Assembly (NCBI GenBank): GCA_963843735.1
Contig: CAWJLN010000008.1
Coordinates: 164,818-228,817, forward strand
Length of the DNA stretch: 64,000 bases
Source: an uncultured Gammaproteobacteria bacterium
GTDB lineage: Bacteria > Pseudomonadota > Gammaproteobacteria > JAKDMP01
Reading direction: 5' to 3'
In this document: positions 41,065-51,005 of the stretch, one piece after another
Position numbering within the stretch: position 1 is the first letter of the stretch
How the letters are laid out: each line of letters begins with the position of its first letter
Position numbers and translations under genes: made by a program
The notes under the pieces: model-generated
What the model was told of the DNA's origin: nothing
The model's database searches: none
What the model saw: the letters and a program-made list of their open reading frames with translations, nothing else

Positions 41065-43758
41065 TTGATCCATCCAATGGGCGATAAGCGTCCCAATCCC
41101 GACGAACTGCTGGTGCGGTTGCAGCAGGAAGACCTGCGCCGCCAGCGCGGTCGGCTCAAAATTTTTCTAGGCGCGGCGGCGGGCGTCGGCAAAACCTACA
41201 GTATGCTTCAGGCGGCACACGATAAGCTGGCCGAAGGCGTTGAGGTGGTGGTCGGCTACGTTGAACCGCACAGCCGACCGGAAACTGCCGCTCTACTGGA
41301 AGGGCTGGAGGCGATTCCGCCGCTGCTGGTGGAGTATCGCGGCACGCGGCTGAGCGAGTTCGATCTCGACGCTGCGCTCAAGCGGCACCCAGCGCTGATC
41401 CTGGTCGATGAACTGGCACATACCAATGCCGAGGGGATGCGCCACGCCAAGCGCTGGCAGGATGTGCTGGAACTGATCGAGGCGGGCATCAACGTCTACA
41501 CAACGGTCAACGTGCAGCACCTCGAAAGCCTGAACGATGTGGTTGCCCAGATCACCGGGACGATTGTCCGCGAGACGCTGCCCGATGCCGTGCTGGAACA
41601 GGCCGACGAGATCGAGCTGATCGATCTGTCGCCTGACGACCTGCTGCTGCGACTGCGCGATGGCAAAATCTACGCGCCGCAGCAGGCGGAGCAGGCCATG
41701 CGCAGCTTCTTTCGGCGCGGCAACTTGATGGCGCTGCGCGAACTGGCGCTGCGCCGTACCGCCGAACGAGTCGACAGTGATATGCAGAGCTACCGGCAGG
41801 ATAAGGCGGTCGAACCCGTATGGCCTGCCGGAGAACGGATTCTGGTCTGCATCAGTCCGAGTCCCATGTCAGCGCGGATCGTGCGCGCGGCCAAACGGAT
41901 GGCCGCTGGGCTGCACGCTGAATGGATCACGGTGTACGTGGAAAAGCCGCGAGCGGCACCGCTGTCGGACAGCGCCCGCAGTCGCATGATTCAGACGCTG
42001 CAACTGGCCGAGCAGCTTGGCTCGGAGACCGTCACCCTGAGCGGACACGATGTGGCTGAAGAAATCCTGACCTTCGCTCGGCAGCGCAACGTCACCAAAA
42101 TCATCGTCGGCAAACCGATCCACCCCACCTGGCGCGATACGGTTTTCGGCTCGGTGCTCAACCGGCTGGTGCGGCTCAGTGGGGACATTGACGTGTACGT
42201 CATCAGCGGCGAAGGCGAGACGACCCGCCCGCAGACTTATCCGCGTTGGCGGCGACCGCGCCAACCGGTGCGCTACGTGTGGACGCTGCTGATCGTCGCG
42301 GCCTGCACGGTGCTGGCGGCGCTGATGTTCCCGTATTTTGCCCCGGCCAACGTGGTCATGGTTTTTCTGGTGGGGATCGTGATCGTCGCCACTCGCTTCG
42401 GACGCAGCCCAGCGATTCTGGCGTCGATCATCAGCGTGATCGCCTTCGACCTGTTCTTCGTGCCGCCGCAGCTTACTTTCGGCGTCAGCGATACCCAGTA
42501 TCTGGTCACCTTCGCCGTGCTGCTGCTGGTGGGGCTGACCATCAGCAGCCTAACGGTGCGTATCAAGGAGCAGGCCGAAACCGCCCGCGAGCGCGAACGG
42601 CGCACCGCCAGTCTGTACGGGATGAGCCGGGAGTTTGCCAGCGCTAACACGATTGATGCTCTGGCGCAGACCGCCATTCAGCATCTTGAAGACGCTTTTC
42701 ACAGCCGGGTGGCACTGCTGCTGAATGAGGCCGACGGTCAGCTTAAAACTCATGGCTCGGACAGTATTCAGGATAATCTGACCGCCCATGAACAGAATGT
42801 CGCCCGCTGGGTCTACGATCATGGACAGGTGGCCGGACGCGGCACCCAAACGCTGCCGGGATCGCAAGGACTGTATCTGCCGCTCAACACTTCCCAGGGG
42901 CGGATGGGCGTCCTGGGCATTTATCCGAGCGTGCCCGATCAGTTGTTGTCGCCCGATCAGATGCATCTGCTGGAAGCCTATGCTAACCAAACAGCAGTCG
43001 CCATCGGGCGGGTGAAGTTCAGTCAGGAGACCGAGCACGCCAGGATACAGGTCGAAACCGAACAGCTTCGCAGTTCGCTGTTGAGTTCGGTGTCGCACGA
43101 TTTGCGCACGCCGCTGGCGGCCATCACGGGCGCGGCCAGCGGCCTGATAGAGAGCGCCGCGAACCTCGATCCGGCGCAGCGCGAACTAGCGCAAATCGCC
43201 TATGAGGAAGCCGAACGCCTGAACCGCCTGTTAGGCAATCTGCTGGAAATGACCCGGCTGGAGTCGGGCGGCGTCCGTGTCGATAAAGAATGGCAGCCGC
43301 TTGAGGAGGTTATCGGATCAACACTGGCGCGGATGGATACGGCTTTCGACGACCATCCGCTGTCCACGCATCTACCCGACGATCTGCCGCTGGTGCCGAT
43401 TGACGGCATCCTGATCGAACTGGTGTTGGTCAATCTACTGGAAAATGCCGTAAAATATACCCCGGTCAGTGTACCGATTGATATATCGGCCTTTGCCGAA
43501 CCGAACGAGGTCGTGGTCGAGGTGGCAGATCGCGGCGCGGGCATCTCGCCAGGAGAAGAGCAGCGCATCTTTGAGAAATTCTATCGCAGCCGCCCGGCCA
43601 CCACCGGAGGTGTCGGGCTGGGATTGACCATTTGCCAAGCGATTGTCGAGGCGCACGGCGGGCGAATTTGGGTCAGTAATCGCCCGGGCGGGGGTGCCGT
43701 TTTCCACTTTACCTTACCATTGGAGGGGCAGCCGCCTCAAGTGAGTACCGACGCATGA
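41065..43758 (+). CDS. kdpD: sensor histidine kinase KdpD
   Basis: 897 aa intact; N-terminal KdpD P-loop domain (GAAAGVGKT), Usp-like domain, 4 TM, GAF-like region, HisKA (SVSHDLRTPLAAI) and HATPase (GVGLGLTICQAIVEAHGG). Confidence 0.9.
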   Translation: MIHPMGDKRPNPDELLVRLQQEDLRRQRGRLKIFLGAAAGVGKTYSMLQAAHDKLAEGVEVVVGYVEPHSRPETAALLEGLEAIPPLLVEYRGTRLSEFDLDAALKRHPALILVDELAHTNAEGMRHAKRWQDVLELIEAGINVYTTVNVQHLESLNDVVAQITGTIVRETLPDAVLEQADEIELIDLSPDDLLLRLRDGKIYAPQQAEQAMRSFFRRGNLMALRELALRRTAERVDSDMQSYRQDKAVEPVWPAGERILVCISPSPMSARIVRAAKRMAAGLHAEWITVYVEKPRAAPLSDSARSRMIQTLQLAEQLGSETVTLSGHDVAEEILTFARQRNVTKIIVGKPIHPTWRDTVFGSVLNRLVRLSGDIDVYVISGEGETTRPQTYPRWRRPRQPVRYVWTLLIVAACTVLAALMFPYFAPANVVMVFLVGIVIVATRFGRSPAILASIISVIAFDLFFVPPQLTFGVSDTQYLVTFAVLLLVGLTISSLTVRIKEQAETARERERRTASLYGMSREFASANTIDALAQTAIQHLEDAFHSRVALLLNEADGQLKTHGSDSIQDNLTAHEQNVARWVYDHGQVAGRGTQTLPGSQGLYLPLNTSQGRMGVLGIYPSVPDQLLSPDQMHLLEAYANQTAVAIGRVKFSQETEHARIQVETEQLRSSLLSSVSHDLRTPLAAITGAASGLIESAANLDPAQRELAQIAYEEAERLNRLLGNLLEMTRLESGGVRVDKEWQPLEEVIGSTLARMDTAFDDHPLSTHLPDDLPLVPIDGILIELVLVNLLENAVKYTPVSVPIDISAFAEPNEVVVEVADRGAGISPGEEQRIFEKFYRSRPATTGGVGLGLTICQAIVEAHGGRIWVSNRPGGGAVFHFTLPLEGQPPQVSTDA

Positions 43759-44474
43759 GCAGCCCAGCCGACGACCAACCCCAATCGCCGCTGATCCTTG
43801 TCATCGAGGACGATCCCCAGATGCGGCGATTTTTGCGGGCGACGCTCACGACCAACGGCTATGCGTTTCTGGAAGCAACCACCGCACTGGAGGGCATCAA
43901 GCAGACGACTCTGCATCACCCCGATTTGATCATTCTGGATTTAGGACTGCCCGATCTGGATGGCCTGGAAGTGACCCGACAGCTTCGTGAATGGACAAAC
44001 ACACCGATTGTGGTGCTGTCCGCGCGGGATCGGGAAGGTGACAAGATTGCGGCCCTGGATGCGGGCGCGGATGATTACCTGACTAAGCCGTTCGGCACCG
44101 GCGAACTGCTGGCGCGGATGCGGGTAGCGCTGCGCCACGCAATTTTAGCCATCCAAGGTGACGATGAACCCGTTTTTAAGACCGGCGATTTACGTGTTGA
44201 TCTCGCTCATCGGCAGGTGTTTGTAAAAGATCAGGAAGTTCACCTGACACCCATCGAGTACAAACTGCTGCTGACGCTGATCCAGCACGCCGGCAAAGTG
44301 GTGACCCGTCGCCAGCTTTTGCACGACGTGTGGGGGCCAAGCTACGTGACCGAGACTCACTATCTACGCATTTACATGGCGCAGCTCCGCCACAAATTAG
44401 AAACCGATCCCGCCCGCCCTCGCTATCTCATCACCGAAGCTGGCGTCGGCTACCGCTTGAAAATCGAAATGTGA
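43755..44474 (+). CDS. kdpE: two-component response regulator KdpE (OmpR family)
   Basis: 239 aa; receiver domain (ILVIEDDPQMRRFL...DLIILDLGLPD) and winged-helix output; start overlaps kdpD stop. Confidence 0.9.
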   Translation: MSSPADDQPQSPLILVIEDDPQMRRFLRATLTTNGYAFLEATTALEGIKQTTLHHPDLIILDLGLPDLDGLEVTRQLREWTNTPIVVLSARDREGDKIAALDAGADDYLTKPFGTGELLARMRVALRHAILAIQGDDEPVFKTGDLRVDLAHRQVFVKDQEVHLTPIEYKLLLTLIQHAGKVVTRRQLLHDVWGPSYVTETHYLRIYMAQLRHKLETDPARPRYLITEAGVGYRLKIEM

Positions 44475-44865
44475 TTACTGCGTAGCTCACGTAGTTTGAA
44501 TAACGTCCATAAAGGTATATTGCTCAACATCTCCTTGGGACTGACTATATCGAACATATCTATCGGTATGCGTGAGGATTAGCGTTTGCCTGAAATAGAT
44601 TATCACTCCCGGCGTGCTCATTTCCCACTCCAACCTCCAATTGATAACGCCGGTGTCATTGCTCTCAGCCTCTCCTCAACTAAAGCAGCGCAACGGTTTT
44701 GCTTTTGTCTTGTCTCATTCTTGGGAGGCAATGACCGGCTATAATGACTTGATCTTGTGACGCGTTCACGCTCGAAACGACAGAAGCTCATGCCCGTCCT
44801 CTCAGCCGGCATCCGCACCAGAATGCCAACCAACTCAAGTTGGTTTGACAAACTTATAGTCAAAC

Positions 44866-46311
44866 TCAACCTGCGTCGATGAGCCAGCGCCAAACTACCG
44901 CCAACGCTTCCACATCGGCGCGCTGATAGGCGCACGCTCGCGCCAGTGCCTCAGAATCATTCTCCATCCGCCACGCCTGATAATCGCCCCAGGCTTGCTG
45001 TGCGTTCGACCCGTCCGGCCAGCGATAGCCGAAATAGTTCGCCACTGATTTGATGCTGCGGCTGCGCACGGGCAGCATGACCTTCCGCTTGAAGGTCTGG
45101 AGCAGATCGTGCATTCGCGGCTGCAACACGGCGACCGCATCGGCGGGTGCGGTGCTACGCAGGCGCTCCTGCTCAAAGCCGCTCCAGTGATAGACCCGCC
45201 CGTCGAGCCGCTCGGCGGCCTTCGCTACCAAGCGCCAGCCCGCGTCGCTGTCCGGGATGATGAGGATGGCGCGGCCATCGGGCAAGGTCAACGCTTCGCC
45301 GTCGAAATAAGCCGAGACCACCGCCACCCGCACCTGCCCGTCGCCCTCTGACCAGCCGAAGCACCAGGGACGCCCCACCGCATCGCCGGTCATCTCGGTT
45401 TCGATGTCCAGCATCACCCCCGGCGGCAGATCGTCTATGACTTGATCGTCACGCCGGATCGGCTCCTGCTGTTGATGCGCGCGGGCGCTGTCGAGGTAGG
45501 CGCGGGCTTTGGCCGCCCCAACTCCGTCGAACTTCCGCAGTTCCGCCGCCGACAGCGCCAGAACATCGGCCAATGTCCTTATACCGTCTCGCTGGAAATG
45601 CGCCCAGGTCTTGCGCGTCAAATCCGGCAGCAGCGTGATGTCGCCCGCCGCCTCGGCGATCTGCTGGCAAGCGGTGTGCCAGCCGCACTGCTCGCAGTGG
45701 GACGCCAGAAAGATTGGCGGCGCGTCGGCCAGCGCCAGCGTCTCGGCGACCTGCTGGAACGCCCCGAACAGCCACGCTTCGTCGAACTCATGCGTCAGTC
45801 GGCGCAGCGGATAGCCGTCCGCATCCCGCCCCAGCCAAAATTCCCCGGCGACCGGCTCCGGCTGCACCGCTTGCAGCAGCCACAGGTAAAAATCGAGCTG
45901 GAGGCGGTCGGCGGGCTGTACCTGCGCCCGCTGCTTGATCTCGACCGGCACGTACCAGCCGCGACCGGGCACGCGCACCAATCGATCCACCCGCCCACGC
46001 GCCCGCACCGGCGGATCGAGCGGGACAGTGCGTTCCAGCGCGGCATTGCCGATGGCGTCCGCGCCCTGCGCCATCAACTCATGCGTGACCTGCGCCGCTT
46101 CCGCCCAGGAAGTCGTCGTAATGCGCCGCTGGGCACCCGCCGCAAACTGCACGACCTGCTCGTGCGCCAGCCCGGCCATTTGTGCCCAGGATGGCGGCGG
46201 CTCGTGATAGTCGGCGCGCTCGCCATGCTGATCAAGCCAGATGCGCCGCTGGCACTGATCGAGCGCCCGCAGCGTGTAGGCGGTGATGGTCGGCAGCCTG
46301 TCTCCGGTCAT
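44866..46311 (-). CDS. TM0106-type RecB-family nuclease: Cas4-like PD-(D/E)xK domain with four Cys, helix-hairpin-helix, and C-terminal RNase H-like (YprB-type) exonuclease domain
   Basis: 481 aa; N-terminal LRALDQCQRRIWLD (first Cys), catalytic GRVDRLVRV...YVPVEIKQ, Fe-S Cys triad HCEQCGWHTAC; HhH LADVLALSAAELRKFDGVGAAKA; acidic DIETEMTGD of an RNase H-like fold; start overlaps the stop of the upstream STAND gene (ATGA). Confidence 0.7.
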   Translation of the reverse strand: MTGDRLPTITAYTLRALDQCQRRIWLDQHGERADYHEPPPSWAQMAGLAHEQVVQFAAGAQRRITTTSWAEAAQVTHELMAQGADAIGNAALERTVPLDPPVRARGRVDRLVRVPGRGWYVPVEIKQRAQVQPADRLQLDFYLWLLQAVQPEPVAGEFWLGRDADGYPLRRLTHEFDEAWLFGAFQQVAETLALADAPPIFLASHCEQCGWHTACQQIAEAAGDITLLPDLTRKTWAHFQRDGIRTLADVLALSAAELRKFDGVGAAKARAYLDSARAHQQQEPIRRDDQVIDDLPPGVMLDIETEMTGDAVGRPWCFGWSEGDGQVRVAVVSAYFDGEALTLPDGRAILIIPDSDAGWRLVAKAAERLDGRVYHWSGFEQERLRSTAPADAVAVLQPRMHDLLQTFKRKVMLPVRSRSIKSVANYFGYRWPDGSNAQQAWGDYQAWRMENDSEALARACAYQRADVEALAVVWRWLIDAG

Positions 46312-49300
46312 TGATCGAGCGCCGCCAGCACCTCGTCGGCATCGACCTGCCCCCAGTGATAACCCATCGCCGCGCTGTCGCTTTTGGCGCGGCTGGCTTC
46401 GCTGCGCGCCTGATCCTTGTCGCTCGCGCGCAGATGCGCCCAGGCCAGCCCGACCCGGATGTCGGCTTCGTAGATGCGGAAGCCGCCGGCGAGCGCGTAG
46501 CCGAGCACTTCGTTGAGGTCGTTGAAAGCGCTGGCCGGGTCGTTCATGAACCGGGCGTACCAGCGACCGCGCGCCAGCAGCGCCTCGATCAGCACATCAC
46601 GCTGCTGGATGCCGTGGGCGAGGCTGAGCGCCTGATCGTAATGGGCGCGGGCGGAGTCATGATCCCCGGCATCAGCGTCCAGATCGCCCAGCACGCGGTG
46701 ACTGCCGCTGAGATCGCCTTTCCAGCCATTGCGCTCGCAGATAGTCAGGTTGGCCTCGCTGACGCGGCGGGCATAGGCGGCATCCCCGGCGCGGCGCTGA
46801 TGCTCGGCGTGGAAAATACCACGCAGACCGTAAAGGTACTGCTTGTTCGGGTCGATCTTGCGTTCCAGCGCCTCGGCGCGGGCGAATTCAGCGGTGGCTT
46901 CGGCCAGCCCACCGCGCAGGTGCAGCGCACGGGCCAGAGTCGTCCGCGCGTCTCTCTCAGACGTATAGCGAGGGTTTTCATGCATTGTTAACTTGGCTAA
47001 CGCCGCCGCTACGCGCGTTGCTACTCCAGCGCCACGCGCGAGCAACTCCAGCGCCACGCGCGCTACTTCTACGCCCCGGTCGAGCTCGCCAAGGTAGATG
47101 TAGAGCGAGGTAAGGATCAGGTAGTCGATACTACCGTTGAACCAATCATCAGCACTAGCATTGACCTGGATAACACGCTCAATAAATGGCACGGCTGCAC
47201 GCAACCGCCCCAGGCTCATCAGGCACAAGCCGATGGCGCTAAGGATGATGCGCTGGTTGCCGGGACTGCTGACCGCCGGGTCGTGACTCAGGTCGCCACC
47301 AGGGAAGAATTCGGTCATCAGCGCAAGATCCGTCTCCCACGCGCCGAGAGCATAGACGAGTACACCTCGCTGACCCAGATAAATCCGTTTCCTATAGACT
47401 TGCCATGCTTCGTCATACGCTCCAGCATGGCACAGATGATGCACGATCTCGATGTAGGGCGCGAGGTCGTCCAGCGTCGGGAAGCGCGGCAGGCTTTGCT
47501 TGGCGTCGGCCTGATAGTAGTCGGCGATCTGACGGTGGGCGGCGGCGCTGCTGCCGCTTTCCAGCCGCTCGGCGTAGTGCGCCCGGATCAGCGGGTGGGC
47601 GCTGTAGGCGGCAGCGCCGTCCTGCGTCACCCAGCGCGAATCAGGCGGCGCGCGATCAGGCCCGCGACCAGCGCGGCGAAAGCGGCATCGTCCAGCCCGG
47701 TCAGCGGCGCGTTGAGGGCGGTGGCGTCGGTGGCGGTGCGGAACACTTTGCCGAAGGCAGCTTTCGCGCACGGGCAGGCGGAAGGCGCTGAAGATCAGCA
47801 GGAAGGCGCGTTCGGCTGCGCTCAGATGCTCGTCGTAGCGGCGCAGCACCCGCGCCACCCGCTCGTAATGGTCGTCACTCGCCTGCGGTGCGGGCAGGTC
47901 GCCGACGTGCGCCACGTCGCCGCCGAAACGCTCAGCCAGATATGATCCGAGCAGGCTCAAGGTCAGCGCGTGGCCGTCCCAATCGCGCACCACCCGATCC
48001 AGCGCTGCGTCGCTGCCGGTCACGCCGACCCGCCGCAGCAAGTCGCGCCCGTCTGCTTCACTCAGGCGGGTCACGTCGCGCTGGCGATAGGTGGTGTGCG
48101 CCAGCAGATCGACCAGCGGCGCGCGGCTGGTGATCAGGCAGACCGAGTCGTGAAAGGGCGAGGCGAACAAGTCGAGGAAGTCGCGCAGCGCCTCGCTGAT
48201 GATCAGGCCATAATCGTCGCCGGTGTCGTGCTGCATGACCTCGAAGCCGTCCAGCACGAACACGCAGCTCTTGGTGCTCAACAGCCCGGCCAGCAAGCCC
48301 GCCCGCGCTGAGGCCGAGGTCACAGTCTTCGCCAGCGCTGCGCCGCCCAGGTAGGTCAGCGCCGCCTCGAAGAATTCGTCGCTGCTGCGCTGCTCGTAGA
48401 ACGACCACCAGAAGACCGCCGTCGGGCGATTCGATCCGCTGAGGATGGCATCGAGCGCTTTGCGGGCGAGGCTGGTCTTGCCCTCGCCGCCGAAGCCGAT
48501 CAGCCCGGTCACGCGGACGGCGGAGTCGGCGTAGTCAGCGGCGATGCTCGCCAGCAAATCGGCGCGCCCGACCCACTCCGGCAGCACGTCCGGCGCGCGG
48601 CTGAGGTCGAAGGCGGCAGGCGTCGGCGCAGCCTTGACCTGCTGCTGCTGCTGGTCGGTTAAGCGTGGCGTGGTGCTTTCCTGGCGCGGATATGCCTCAT
48701 ACAGTGTCAAACTGAGTGGCACGAGGCTCAGCACCCGCGCGTTGACGCCGAAGGCCGTGTCGCGATCTTTGCTGCTCGCCAGCGGATACCAGGTTTGGGA
48801 GATGAGGCCAACGACAACATTGTTTTCCACATCCAGCACCGCCGCGCCGCTCATCCCTTTATCGATGTCGTCCGATTTCAGTTGCAGTGGTTCGGTCAGC
48901 CAGTTTTCGTCTTCCGGCGCGAAAGTCGAGCCGACGATGACCCCTGAAGCGTAGTTGATCTGGAATTTGTCGAGGCGACGATAGCCCCAACTCTGAAAAC
49001 GGTCACCGTCCGCTTCATCCCCGCTGCCGAGGTGCGCATACTTGCCCGGCTCGACTGGCGATAGACCCGCCGTCAATTCCAGCAGCACGATGTCGTCGTC
49101 ATGGTCAGGCAGGCAGCCCACAACGCGCGCCTCGCGCCGTTTTTCCTCCTCGCGGCGTGCTTGCGGAAAATAAACGCGGATGGTCTGCCCGATGCAGTCG
49201 CGCGGGTGACTCTCGCCATCAATGGCGTTGCGGACGACATGAGCACAGGTCGCAATCTTCCCATCGTCGGAGACAACAACTCCTGTACCGATGATGGCCT

Positions 49301-49370
49301 TGTCCGCGTTGCAGATACCAATGGTGAACTCACGCAACCGCTGGTTGATGACATGCCTATCCTGGCTCAT
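46308..49370 (-). CDS. three-module protein: N-terminal trypsin-like serine protease, central STAND/NB-ARC-type P-loop NTPase, C-terminal TPR/alpha-solenoid repeats (Avs/NLR-like architecture)
   Basis: 1020 aa intact; protease triad candidates TCAHVV (His), DIVLLEL (Asp), GMSGAAV (Ser); Walker A GFGGEGKTSLA and Walker B CVFVLDGFE; winged-helix/arm region and about 350 aa of helical repeats at the C-terminus. Confidence 0.8.
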   Translation of the reverse strand: MSQDRHVINQRLREFTIGICNADKAIIGTGVVVSDDGKIATCAHVVRNAIDGESHPRDCIGQTIRVYFPQARREEEKRREARVVGCLPDHDDDIVLLELTAGLSPVEPGKYAHLGSGDEADGDRFQSWGYRRLDKFQINYASGVIVGSTFAPEDENWLTEPLQLKSDDIDKGMSGAAVLDVENNVVVGLISQTWYPLASSKDRDTAFGVNARVLSLVPLSLTLYEAYPRQESTTPRLTDQQQQQVKAAPTPAAFDLSRAPDVLPEWVGRADLLASIAADYADSAVRVTGLIGFGGEGKTSLARKALDAILSGSNRPTAVFWWSFYEQRSSDEFFEAALTYLGGAALAKTVTSASARAGLLAGLLSTKSCVFVLDGFEVMQHDTGDDYGLIISEALRDFLDLFASPFHDSVCLITSRAPLVDLLAHTTYRQRDVTRLSEADGRDLLRRVGVTGSDAALDRVVRDWDGHALTLSLLGSYLAERFGGDVAHVGDLPAPQASDDHYERVARVLRRYDEHLSAAERAFLLIFSAFRLPVRESCLRQSVPHRHRRHRPQRAADRAGRCRFRRAGRGPDRAPPDSRWVTQDGAAAYSAHPLIRAHYAERLESGSSAAAHRQIADYYQADAKQSLPRFPTLDDLAPYIEIVHHLCHAGAYDEAWQVYRKRIYLGQRGVLVYALGAWETDLALMTEFFPGGDLSHDPAVSSPGNQRIILSAIGLCLMSLGRLRAAVPFIERVIQVNASADDWFNGSIDYLILTSLYIYLGELDRGVEVARVALELLARGAGVATRVAAALAKLTMHENPRYTSERDARTTLARALHLRGGLAEATAEFARAEALERKIDPNKQYLYGLRGIFHAEHQRRAGDAAYARRVSEANLTICERNGWKGDLSGSHRVLGDLDADAGDHDSARAHYDQALSLAHGIQQRDVLIEALLARGRWYARFMNDPASAFNDLNEVLGYALAGGFRIYEADIRVGLAWAHLRASDKDQARSEASRAKSDSAAMGYHWGQVDADEVLAALDQ

Positions 49371-49714
49371 GGCTTGCCCCAGGTCAGTTTGACGGTGATG
49401 GTCGCCTCGGCACTGGTCGTCACCACCGCATCCAAACCGGCATTGAACTTGATGCCGAACTCGACCTCTGCGCCCGAAAGCGACTGCGGGTTGTCGGCGT
49501 CGTGCAGATCGTTGACCAGCATTTCGGTTTTGCGCGCGATTTTGTAGATGGTGTGGAAGGCTTCGAACAGCAGGTCGTCGGAAAGCTGCTTGACGACCTC
49601 CTGCGCTCGTCCGCTGCGTGTAGTTTCCTGCAAGCCGCCTTGCTCGGCAGACGGTTTGGCAGTGATCTCGACCTGGATCGGGCGGTTGTCATCAGTGAAG
49701 TGACGGGCATTCAT
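49367..49714 (-). CDS. small protein (115 aa) translationally coupled to the protease-STAND gene; function unknown
   Basis: Stop overlaps the STAND gene ATG (ATGA); mixed charge, predicted helical (MNARHFTDDNRPIQVEITAKPSAEQGG...); no motif I can name with confidence. Confidence 0.5.
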   Translation of the reverse strand: MNARHFTDDNRPIQVEITAKPSAEQGGLQETTRSGRAQEVVKQLSDDLLFEAFHTIYKIARKTEMLVNDLHDADNPQSLSGAEVEFGIKFNAGLDAVVTTSAEATITVKLTWGKP

Positions 49715-49908
49715 CAGGCGCTCCTGGAGGTGAGTATTAAGCTGATATCATCTATAGTATAGAAGGATTTGGTGAGCTCAGCTCAGAAAACGGTTTTCCA
49801 ATGATGCCGTCATTCGATCTTCTATCCGCAGCGCATGATTCAGTTCCAGCCCCTACCCCACCTATCATTCGCCAGAAAACCCATACAGTTTTCCCCCAAT
49901 CAGCCAAT

Positions 49909-50631
49909 TTACTTCGAGATGACTTCCTCGACCAGTGCCGCCAGCCCACTAGCACTGGGATCATCATCGACCAGCCACTCCCGCGCCAGCTCCTCACGCC
50001 CCGCAAATTCCCGTTCGGCATAGTCGGGAAAGCGCAGATACAGCCAATGGCGCATAACGCCATACAGGCGGCGCTCCTGGGTGGCCTCATCGTCTGGATA
50101 CCACTCCTCCAGCAGCTCGCAGAGCTTGACCCGCAGATCACCCGGCAGTTCCTGCCGAGCCGCCTCGTGGCAAAGCATCTGCGACAGTTCCTCGAATTCC
50201 AGCCGTTCGGCAAACGGCAGCTCAAACGGCAGTACCCGCGTACAGTCTGCCGCTAGGACGATGCGTTCGGTTTTCGTGTTCAAGTCGATGGCCTGAAAAG
50301 TATGCGGGTCGATTGACTCACCCAGCACCAGGAGCTTCCCCTCAGCATCGCGCACCAGATGCCCGGAACCAACTTCGTGGAAGAACCGATCCAATAACTC
50401 AACTTTGATCTGAAGCGCCACTTCAATTTGTGACGGGGTTAACGTGCTCAAGGGGATCAGCTGGACATGCTCACGCTCGACACCGTAGACGCTGTGATCG
50501 AGGAATAAGGTCTCGTACCACCCACTCACCGCTAAATCTTCAATGACCGCCGGTTGGTCGATCACCAGGCCCGATTCTGGGTCGTGGTAGCGGACATGAA
50601 CGACATCATAAATCAGAGGACGACGTGACAT
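49909..50631 (-). CDS. hypothetical protein (240 aa), same strand and about 195 bp upstream of the small-protein/STAND/nuclease operon
   Basis: Long ORF with a coherent hydrophobic pattern; acidic C-terminus; no recognised domain. Confidence 0.4.
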   Translation of the reverse strand: MSRRPLIYDVVHVRYHDPESGLVIDQPAVIEDLAVSGWYETLFLDHSVYGVEREHVQLIPLSTLTPSQIEVALQIKVELLDRFFHEVGSGHLVRDAEGKLLVLGESIDPHTFQAIDLNTKTERIVLAADCTRVLPFELPFAERLEFEELSQMLCHEAARQELPGDLRVKLCELLEEWYPDDEATQERRLYGVMRHWLYLRFPDYAEREFAGREELAREWLVDDDPSASGLAALVEEVISK

Positions 50632-51005
50632 CCGATTGAACTCCTACTCTATTTAGGCACTCAGGTCATGATCTTCCTCTCTACTCCAGCTCACCCGACG
50701 AGTTTTCCATTAAGCAGCGGTTGAACTTTCTGGGCAACTTCCCTCAGAATCATTCTGGGGAAACCGCTGGGGAAAATCCATCAACAGCCGCCCCAAAGGC
50801 CATTTTAAGCCCCAAATCGGCTCGCAGGTGGAATTACACATGCAGGAGGCTTTACGGCGCTTCTAGCCCCGATTTTGTGCGTTTCTGACCCCTTCTACTT
50901 GCCAGTTTCCTCGCTTACTAGTAGAATAGAGTTGCTATTTGAACCGATCTGAAATGTCCTGAACCGACCCCCTTTTCCGGTTTCCTATTCCCAGGATATT
51001 TCTCC

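Noticed and set aside
44810-44850. Terminator hairpin (ccaaccaactcaagttggtttg) downstream of the RecB-like nuclease gene
   Set aside because: Stem is short and there is no U-tract on the relevant strand.
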